Assembly (NCBI GenBank): GCA_029974275.1
Contig: JARKSN010000225.1
Coordinates: 1-20,991 of the forward strand
Length of the DNA: 20,991 nt
Direction: 5' to 3'
From: Candidatus Hydrogenedentota bacterium
Lineage (GTDB): Bacteria > Hydrogenedentota > Hydrogenedentia > Hydrogenedentales > SLHB01
Positions 7,893 through 15,084 of the stretch are shown in pieces. Below the pieces are notes generated by a model that saw nothing but the letters and a program-made list of their open reading frames with translations, made no database searches and was not told where the DNA came from. A program made the translations under genes and the position numbers. Every line of letters starts with the position of its first letter. Position 1 is the stretch's first letter.

Positions 7893-9281
7893 ATGCATGC
7901 GCCCAAACGTTTCCGAACGCGGCTTGACGCATTTTTCGGCATTCGAGCCTCGGGATCCACCGTGCGCCGGGAGATCGGTGGCGGACTGACGACCTTCGCG
8001 ACGATGAGTTACATCGTTTTCGTGCAGCCGACGGTCTTGAGCACGACGGGGATGGATTTCGGAAGCGTTCTCATCGCGACGTGTTTGGCCTCGGCGATCG
8101 CGTGCGTCATGATGGGCCTATTGGCGCGCTACCCCTTTGCCCTTGCCCCGGGCATGGGTGAAAACTTCCTGTTCGCCTTCGTCCTCTGCTCGACCTTCGC
8201 CGGGGGGATGGGCTTCTCGTGGCAAGCCGGGCTGATGATCGTGCTGATCGCTGCCGTCCTGTTCATGCTCCTCTCCATTTTCCGCACGCGTGAAAAAATT
8301 CTCCAGATCATTCCCGACTGCCTCAAAAACGCTATCGGCCCGGCCATTGGGTTATTCATTGCGTTCGTCGGACTGCAGTGGGGCGGCATCGTCGTGTCAA
8401 GTCCCGCCACCATGGTCAAGCTCGGGAGCTTCCACACCGCGCCCGCGCTACTCACCGTCTTCGGCGTATTCCTCATCGCCGTGATGACGGCGCGACGCAT
8501 ACCCGGCGGCATCCTGATCGCCATTTTGGCGACCGGCCTCCTGGGCGCGCTCACGAAGACGATTCCAATTCCCCAGGAGTCGTATCGTGTTTCATTCTCG
8601 ACATTTTTCCAATTGGACGCCTCGGAGTTGATTGAAAAGTGGGACAAGGCCCTTGTCGCCATTGCTTTGTTCTTTTTTCTGGCCTTGTTTGATTCCATCG
8701 GAACTTTTGTGGGGCTTGGAAAACAGGCGGGATTCATCAAGCAAGACGAACAGTTGCCCCGCGCCGGGCAGGCCTTCTTTGCCGATGCGACAGCGAGCTT
8801 TTTCGGAGCGCTCTTTGGAACTTCCACGCTGACGACCTACATCGAAAGCGCAACAGGCATCGCAGCCGGCGCCCGCACCGGTCTCGCCGCCTTGGTGACA
8901 GGAGCGTGTTTCCTGGTTGCTATTCCTTTTGCGCCCCTTATTCACATTGCAGGGCAGGATATCGGCCCTGCGTTCTACGGGGTTTCCGCCGCGAGTCCGC
9001 ACGTGGCCATGTATCCCGCCGTGGCGCCCGCGCTCATCTTTGTCGGATTTATGATGATGGCCCCGCTGCGGCGCGTGCTATGGGAGGACGTCACCGAAAG
9101 CCTCCCCGCTTTTCTTACGATAGCCTTGATGGTCTTCGGATACGGCATCACCGAAGGCATCGCATGCGGATGCATCGCCGTTGCCGTTCTGAAACCCGCC
9201 GCCGGGCGCGCCCGAGAAATCCATCCCGCCTTTTATTTCGTGGCGTTGACGTTGCTCGTGCGCTACGCATTCCTGATGTAA
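7893..9281 (+). CDS. NCS2/AzgA-like nucleobase (purine) permease
   Basis: Multi-pass hydrophobic protein with family motifs 'EIGGGLTTFATMSYIVFVQP', 'ALAPGMGENFLF', 'FDSIGT' and 'TTYIESATGIAAGARTGL'. GGAG-type RBS at about 7879-7883. Confidence 0.92.
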   Translation: MHAPKRFRTRLDAFFGIRASGSTVRREIGGGLTTFATMSYIVFVQPTVLSTTGMDFGSVLIATCLASAIACVMMGLLARYPFALAPGMGENFLFAFVLCSTFAGGMGFSWQAGLMIVLIAAVLFMLLSIFRTREKILQIIPDCLKNAIGPAIGLFIAFVGLQWGGIVVSSPATMVKLGSFHTAPALLTVFGVFLIAVMTARRIPGGILIAILATGLLGALTKTIPIPQESYRVSFSTFFQLDASELIEKWDKALVAIALFFFLALFDSIGTFVGLGKQAGFIKQDEQLPRAGQAFFADATASFFGALFGTSTLTTYIESATGIAAGARTGLAALVTGACFLVAIPFAPLIHIAGQDIGPAFYGVSAASPHVAMYPAVAPALIFVGFMMMAPLRRVLWEDVTESLPAFLTIALMVFGYGITEGIACGCIAVAVLKPAAGRAREIHPAFYFVALTLLVRYAFLM

Positions 9282-9282
9282 C

Positions 9283-9311
9283 AAAAACGCCCGGCATGTC
9301 GCCAGGCGTTT
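9283..9311 (-). terminator. Intrinsic terminator between convergent genes, best formed on the minus strand
   Basis: The minus strand reads AAACGCCTGGC-GACAT-GCCGGGCGTTT-TTG, an 11-bp stem with one G.U pair running into a U5 tract. It lies just downstream of the 9336-13427 gene stop and immediately after the permease stop. Confidence 0.7.
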
Positions 9312-9335
9312 GAAAAACAGCCGGACTACGTCGCC

Positions 9336-12300
9336 TCAGGGCGCTGCGACGGCCATGATTTGGTCGGCGGTCACCGGCGCGGGCGGCGCGACGACGAGTG
9401 CGGGCGCTGCTTGGAGCGTCGCATATGCCGGGTTTGCCGCGATAACGGCGGCGCGGTCTGCGGGAACGGGTTGGCGGTCGCCGCCGACGGGAGCAATGAG
9501 CAACGTCTTGCGCGGGGCTATTGACGATACGATCGCGGGCAGGTCGACATGCTTCAGAATGGACGGGACATAAACGCTTGCGGGCCAGCTTGTCGCAGCG
9601 GGGGATAGGAGGTCGGCGTACGAAGCCAGCGGCCCTTCCGCGATAACGGCGTCAATTTCGGGAATGCAGGCCGCAGCGAGAATGGCCTCGTTGCCCATGC
9701 CCGCAAGCCCTGTCACGCACACGCGCGCCATGCCCGGCTGCGTCTTGAGGAAACGCGCGATAGCCGTGATGTCGGCGATGCGCTCACCAGCGAGGGTTCG
9801 ACCCAGCATCCAGAGGTCTGCCGAAAGCACGGACGCCTGAACATCGGATCGCAGTTCGCCAACGCCGCGCAGGTCCGCTGCGCATACCAACACGCCCCTT
9901 TCGATGAGCTGACGCGCGAGGGGTGAGGCGATGACGTCGGTCTTGCTGCGCTCGCCAATAAGCAACACGGACACCGTCGGCGGCGCGGGCAAGTCGGCCT
10001 TTGCGGCCAGCAAAATCGGCACGGTGATCCCGGCTTCAGGCACGACCGTCACGCGACGCAGTGTGACGCCATCCACCGGCGCGCTCGCCACTTCCACGGG
10101 AGCGCCGATGCCTTCCGGGGCCGGCGTCGCAGTGACGTGACGGATCCGCGCGGCGACTTGTCCTTGCCACGTCGAAAGTTCGGGACCGGCAGCGCCTGCA
10201 GGAGGAGCGGCGAACTCGGGCCCCGCCGTCAATATCTGGTGCACAAGCGCGAGCAACGGTGCGGCGACCGGCTGGTTGCCCTCCGCGAAACAACGCAGAT
10301 TCGGGGCGTCGCTCGGTTCCAGTTGTGCGGGAGCTTCCGGCACGGGGGAACCGTCGCCTTGGGCCAGCAGGCTTTTGGCGAAGAACCCCGCCAAGACCTC
10401 ACGTGTCCTCTGCGCGGCGCCCGGCGTCTCAACGAACACATGGTTTCCCTGTGCCGTCAGCGCATATGCCGCCGCGACCCGCTGCGAAACTTCGCGTGCA
10501 CTGGCGATCGGGGCAAGGCCGCCCTCAACGGCGGCGATATGGCAAAACGGCTTGGGTGCGATGCATGACATTAGTTCGGCCACGCTGGTGAGGGCCGCGA
10601 TGCCCGGCGTTCGGTTATCGAGACCCGCTTCGGCCTTGTGCAGGAATTCCACAAAGGCGCTGGGCGGGGTTGCGAGCGCAACGGCCGCGGGCCGGTCATC
10701 GAGCACGGCGACAATCAGCGCGGTTACGGCGCCGGCTTCATTCCCGCTAGCGATGGCAATCGCCGCAGGGTTGACGACATCCGTGCGCGAGGCAGCGTAG
10801 TCAATGGCGCGCACCGTCTCCCATACCATGATCCCCTGCTGCGTCAGGCCGGCAAGCAGCGGAAAGAGGTGCTGGGGGCGCGCGCCGTCCGCGGAACGCC
10901 GTTCGCCATCGACAATGGTATCGAACACAAGCGCCGCAATGCCTTGACGTGTCAAGTCGACGCACGCCATACGCACATCGGCGTCGGTCTTGTCCGTACC
11001 GCTCAATACCTGAATGACGCACGGGACAGGCCCGGGCGCGTTTTTCGGGCGGTACAGATGCGCGGGGATCGGCAAGCCTGCCCAGCCTTCGAACGTGACT
11101 TTTTCAAGGGTGAAATCGGGATAGTCCAACACGCCCAAGCTCTGCGCGTTTAACGGCGTCTTCTCCGGGAACGGCGAGAGGCCGAGGACCGCTTGCAGTT
11201 TTGTGCGAAGTTCCGCTTTGCGCGCGTTGAGGGCATCCACCGAATCGATCAGCGGCAACGCGTCCTGCGCGGCCTTGGCCAACGCAACGACAAGATCGCG
11301 CATCTGGTTCGCAAGCGGCGAGTCCTTTTCCCAACTCCGCGCGGCATTGAAAAGATTGCCGGAAGCGGGGTCGGGGGCGCGTTCGGAGATGTCCTTTTCG
11401 ATGGCCGAAAGCTCCTGCTGGTATAGCGGAAGCACGTCGGCCCAATGATACGGCGTGGGCAGGGTCGACGTTGGCGTGGATGCCGGAATATCGCTGATGC
11501 TGTCGTAGGTGTTTGCGGTCAACGCGGTCAACGCCTGGAACTCCGCGACCGACGCACGAAGGTTTTCCAAACAAGCCTTTGAATTGCCGACGGGATCGAT
11601 CCCGGCGTCGAACAAGGCCTTTGCGATGGCCGCCGCGACCTTGTGCAAATAGAAACGGGCTACATGCGCGACCGCTTCCGCGTCCGTTGCGATGCGTTGC
11701 GCGTCGGGTTGGTTGCGCACAGCCTTTTGGACGCCGTCCCGAGCCGAAGCAAGCGCCTTGTCGGCTTCGGCCACTTTTGTGGCGAGATAGTCGATGGGCG
11801 AGATCCCCTCGATGGATTTGCCTGCCTTGACGGCGTCAAGGTAGGCCGGGATGCGCACCATGCCCGGCGCCGGCAGGAACGGAGCGCCCCTCGCCTGCAG
11901 TATCTGATCGAGATAGGCCCCAGCCGCCACGACCGTCTGGGCATCGCCCCCGATCCACAACAAACGCTGAATCGCCGGAAGCACGTCCGCACCCTGCTCA
12001 AACGCGTCCAGCAGCGCCGTGGCCGCATCGAGCGCGCCATAGGTTTGCGTCAAGCGATACGTCCAATAAGGGCGCTCGGCATTCGGATCGCGATTCGGGT
12101 TCCACGCATACCGGCCCCATGCTTCAAACCACATCCAATCCCGATTCCATTGGAATTCCGCCGGCTCCACCTTGTCGCAGCCGTAGGGCCATCGCCATGC
12201 CGTGCGCGCGGAAAGGTCCAAGCCGTTTGCGCCAAGCGCGATGGCATGTTGCAGGCACTTTTGCACATAGGTGGGGGGACTCCACCGGAACGGATCCAAA

Positions 12301-13427
12301 TTGGCCGCTCCCTGCACCGCCAGGATGTGACTGCCGGCGATAGCGGCCCATTCCTTGATGGCGGGATTCGCCTCGGGGGCGGCGAGCATTGCGGCGTTAT
12401 AGGCATGCTCGGTGGAAAGCTTCGGATATTTCACCGCGAGCGCCTTCATGTGTTCGACGTCCATTCCCTCGGAACGCGCCACGATGGCTGGGGTCTTGCC
12501 TGAACGCTGCACCGCTGCGAGAACGACGCCGTCAATCCACTCGAACGCGACTTGCGGCGATGGCGATTGCCCCGGATGGATGTAGAGACCAACGCCCGGA
12601 AATTCGCCAACGAAGCGCTCCAGACAATGGCCGCAGTAGTCCTTCAACGCGTCCGGCGAATCCGGAATGCCGCCCCCCGGCGATCCGTGCGCTTTGGAAA
12701 ATCCGACGGGCGCATGGGCGACATGGAATTCGAACATCAACGTGATGTTTCGTTTCTCGGCCTCCGCGCCCAACCACAACAACAGATCATGATTTTGCTG
12801 GATAACCGCAGGGGCTATATCCGCTTGCGCTTCGGGATACTTCTCCATCGCCACAAAATACTCAAAGGGATGGTTATGACCGAACACAAGGGCGTTGTAG
12901 CCGTTCTCCGCCAGAAAATCCAGATACCGCGCCCAGATGCCTTTATCGTAGAGGAAGGGGAAATCCTGCGGCGTAATCGGCGTGTCGGCGTTGCCCGCCT
13001 TCATCAAGCGGATGGTCACGCCCCGGACCGTCATCACCGGGGCATCGGCAACGTCCAGTTGATCGGGCAAACGCCCCTGTTCCCGTACGCGGCGAACGAG
13101 ATCCAAACTCCCATAGAGCACGCCCGCATGATCAAAACCGATAATGCGAACACGATCAGGCAAGGCGACAATCCGATACCCTTCGGCCCGGCGCGCCCCC
13201 TCGGGCAAGTCCATTTCCAATTGGGACAGCGATATTTCAACGGCGCCCGGCGTGCCCGAAGCGGGGCCCTGGCCTACCTCATTCAAGGCGGACGTGATGC
13301 GCTCAATCGACCAAAGGGTGCGCGGATCCGCCACGACTTGGACCGTCGCGGCGTCAACCGCGAGGGGAGAGAGCGCGCATCCTGCAAGCCACAACGTCAA
13401 CCACATCGGAAAGCGCATGCGTTTCAT
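9336..13427 (-). CDS. Exported multidomain protein: N-terminal GH138 (alpha-galacturonidase)-like module fused to tandem alpha/beta-hydrolase (acetylxylan esterase/dienelactone hydrolase-like) domains
   Basis: Signal peptide 'MKRMRFPMWLTLWLAGCALSPLAVDAA'. GH20-domain-2-like 'EGYRI....IIGFDHAGVLYG'. Motifs recalled from Bacteroides GH138 enzymes: 'FPFLYDK..W..YLDFL.EN', 'HPF', 'ANLDPFRW', 'W.WPY..DK' and 'RDW.W..AWGRYAWN'. C-terminal half has 'KTPLNA..LG...EKVTFE....IPAHLYRP', 'WETVRAIDY' and 'AADLRGVGE'. Confidence 0.75.
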   Translation of the reverse strand: MKRMRFPMWLTLWLAGCALSPLAVDAATVQVVADPRTLWSIERITSALNEVGQGPASGTPGAVEISLSQLEMDLPEGARRAEGYRIVALPDRVRIIGFDHAGVLYGSLDLVRRVREQGRLPDQLDVADAPVMTVRGVTIRLMKAGNADTPITPQDFPFLYDKGIWARYLDFLAENGYNALVFGHNHPFEYFVAMEKYPEAQADIAPAVIQQNHDLLLWLGAEAEKRNITLMFEFHVAHAPVGFSKAHGSPGGGIPDSPDALKDYCGHCLERFVGEFPGVGLYIHPGQSPSPQVAFEWIDGVVLAAVQRSGKTPAIVARSEGMDVEHMKALAVKYPKLSTEHAYNAAMLAAPEANPAIKEWAAIAGSHILAVQGAANLDPFRWSPPTYVQKCLQHAIALGANGLDLSARTAWRWPYGCDKVEPAEFQWNRDWMWFEAWGRYAWNPNRDPNAERPYWTYRLTQTYGALDAATALLDAFEQGADVLPAIQRLLWIGGDAQTVVAAGAYLDQILQARGAPFLPAPGMVRIPAYLDAVKAGKSIEGISPIDYLATKVAEADKALASARDGVQKAVRNQPDAQRIATDAEAVAHVARFYLHKVAAAIAKALFDAGIDPVGNSKACLENLRASVAEFQALTALTANTYDSISDIPASTPTSTLPTPYHWADVLPLYQQELSAIEKDISERAPDPASGNLFNAARSWEKDSPLANQMRDLVVALAKAAQDALPLIDSVDALNARKAELRTKLQAVLGLSPFPEKTPLNAQSLGVLDYPDFTLEKVTFEGWAGLPIPAHLYRPKNAPGPVPCVIQVLSGTDKTDADVRMACVDLTRQGIAALVFDTIVDGERRSADGARPQHLFPLLAGLTQQGIMVWETVRAIDYAASRTDVVNPAAIAIASGNEAGAVTALIVAVLDDRPAAVALATPPSAFVEFLHKAEAGLDNRTPGIAALTSVAELMSCIAPKPFCHIAAVEGGLAPIASAREVSQRVAAAYALTAQGNHVFVETPGAAQRTREVLAGFFAKSLLAQGDGSPVPEAPAQLEPSDAPNLRCFAEGNQPVAAPLLALVHQILTAGPEFAAPPAGAAGPELSTWQGQVAARIRHVTATPAPEGIGAPVEVASAPVDGVTLRRVTVVPEAGITVPILLAAKADLPAPPTVSVLLIGERSKTDVIASPLARQLIERGVLVCAADLRGVGELRSDVQASVLSADLWMLGRTLAGERIADITAIARFLKTQPGMARVCVTGLAGMGNEAILAAACIPEIDAVIAEGPLASYADLLSPAATSWPASVYVPSILKHVDLPAIVSSIAPRKTLLIAPVGGDRQPVPADRAAVIAANPAYATLQAAPALVVAPPAPVTADQIMAVAAP

Positions 13428-13850
13428 CGGGTTTCTAACCTTTCGTCGGCGTTGAAGCCAACATCCTTTGTCGTTTCAGAGAATGCATAGCACGCGAAAC
13501 AAGGCGAGCGCCTGTCTCCGTATGCGCGATACGAAATGCCGAAGAAGCGCCGCACATCTGCGCCTCCCTTCGGAAAATCACGGCACTCGGGAAAAGCCGC
13601 TTCCTTGCATACATACCCGGAGCAGGCCCGGAGTTTCTCTGCGCCGAACAATACATCCGCGCATTACGATACACAAGCGCCGAAAAATTGTCCAATGCAC
13701 TTCGCGCCATAGAGTTGAATTCCGGGGAGCCGTCTATTCTGGAAGCCCAACACGATCCATTCACCGCACCCACAGTCAGAGTGCATCCCATCAGCGATTT
13801 CGATAGCCGTCCCGGGCTGTTTTCTGGAGTGACCGCGATCAGGAGCCGGG

Positions 13851-13880
13851 TTGACAGGGGACAGGGCGATATGGTAACAT
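13851..13880 (+). promoter_or_regulatory. sigma70-type promoter of the rex-hyd operon
   Basis: Perfect -35 TTGACA (13851-13856), 18-bp spacer and extended -10 TG-G-TAACAT (13872-13880), 65 nt upstream of the rex ATG. Confidence 0.7.
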
Positions 13881-13881
13881 C

Positions 13882-13899
13882 TTGTGAAACAATTCACAA
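13882..13899. promoter_or_regulatory. Rex operator
   Basis: TTGTGAA-ACAA-TTCACAA is an exact match to the established Rex consensus TTGTGAA-N4-TTCACAA. It sits directly downstream of the -10 box and upstream of rex. Confidence 0.92.
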
Positions 13900-13945
13900 C
13901 GTTACGACATTCACAAAACAAGAAAATGGACCCTGCGGCAATATC

Positions 13946-14590
13946 ATGGTGTCCAGCAAAACCATCGGTCGTCTCAGCCAATACCGACGCCTACTGCAGA
14001 ATCTGCTAGGAGAAGGGCGGGAATTCGTATTTTCCCACGAGTTGGCCACGATGGCCGGGGGCACGGCGGCCCAGGTGCGGCGCGACGTGATGGCGGTGGG
14101 ACATCTGGGCAGCCCAAGCAAAGGGTATGGCGTTTCGGCACTGCTGGGAAGCATCGCGGACTATCTGGATGGCGCCGATATACTGGGGGTTGCCTTGGTC
14201 GGCGTGGGCAATTTGGGCCGGGCGTTGTTGGCGTATTTCGTGGGACGTCACCCAACGCTGGAACTCAAGGCGGCGTTCGATTGCGATCCGGCGAAAATTG
14301 GCCGGGTGATACACGGGTGCCGCTGTCTGCCCATGGAAGAAATGGCGCGGGTGGTCGAGGAGGAGAGGATCAAGGTCGGGGTCATCACGGTCCCTGCTGA
14401 AGACGCCCAACGCGTGGCGACAGTGCTTTGGCAGGCGGGCGTGCTCGGAATTGTGAATTTCGCTCCGGTGCGGTTGTGGACGCCCGCGTCGGTGCATGTC
14501 GAGCAGATTGACCTTACAACGGTGTTGGAGCAGGCCGCGTTTTTTGCGCGTCGCCAGGACAAGGACGCAGGGAAGGAAGTTGGCAGATGA
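13946..14590 (+). CDS. rex: Redox-sensing transcriptional repressor Rex
   Basis: N-terminal 'SKTIGRLSQYRRLL...FSHELA....TAAQVRRDV...G..SKGY', Rossmann 'LVGVGNLGRALLAY', then 'AAFD' and 'GIVNFAP'. Start moved from the track's 13688 to ATG 13946 because the upstream extension crosses the promoter and operator. Confidence 0.95.
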   Translation: MVSSKTIGRLSQYRRLLQNLLGEGREFVFSHELATMAGGTAAQVRRDVMAVGHLGSPSKGYGVSALLGSIADYLDGADILGVALVGVGNLGRALLAYFVGRHPTLELKAAFDCDPAKIGRVIHGCRCLPMEEMARVVEEERIKVGVITVPAEDAQRVATVLWQAGVLGIVNFAPVRLWTPASVHVEQIDLTTVLEQAAFFARRQDKDAGKEVGR

Positions 14591-15084
14591 CACAGGCAAC
14601 ACAAGACCCCGTAGCGGATGTTGGGCCCATCTTGGAGAAATATCCGGACGCCAAACGGGATGCCCTGATCCCGATCATGCAGGAGGTGCAGGACGTCTTC
14701 GGCTATCTCTCGCGGAGCGCCATCGTGCAGATTGGCAAACATCTGAATTTGCCGGCAAGCAAGATTTACGGCGTGGCGACATTTTACAACCAGTTCCGCT
14801 TTCAACCGTTAGGCAAATACCACATCCAAATTTGCCGCGGAACGGCCTGTCACGTGAAGGGATCAGCGGGCGTCCTCGACGCGGTCAAGCAGGAACTGAA
14901 TATCGAGTCGGGCCAGACCAGCCGCGATGGGCAGTTCAGTCTTGAAGTCGTGGCATGCATCGGCGCCTGTGGCTTGGCGCCGGTTATCTGCATCAATGGG
15001 GAATTCTTCGCAAACCTGACTCCGGCCAAGGTTCGCGAGATTGTGAACAACTACCGGGAAGAGGCGGGGAACGATGTCCAATAA
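14587..15084 (+). CDS. hydC: [FeFe]-hydrogenase HydC/gamma subunit (NuoE-like, thioredoxin-fold [2Fe-2S])
   Basis: 'LIPIMQEVQ..FGYL', 'YGVATFYNQF', 'CRGTACHVKG' and 'ACIGACGLAP' (four Cys ligands). ATGA overlap with the rex stop. Confidence 0.93.
   Translation: MTQATQDPVADVGPILEKYPDAKRDALIPIMQEVQDVFGYLSRSAIVQIGKHLNLPASKIYGVATFYNQFRFQPLGKYHIQICRGTACHVKGSAGVLDAVKQELNIESGQTSRDGQFSLEVVACIGACGLAPVICINGEFFANLTPAKVREIVNNYREEAGNDVQ

Noticed and set aside
13688..13945. 86-aa N-terminal extension of Rex in the ORF track
   Set aside because: It shows no Rex similarity and runs through the -35/-10 boxes and the Rex operator. ATG 13946 gives a normal-length Rex.
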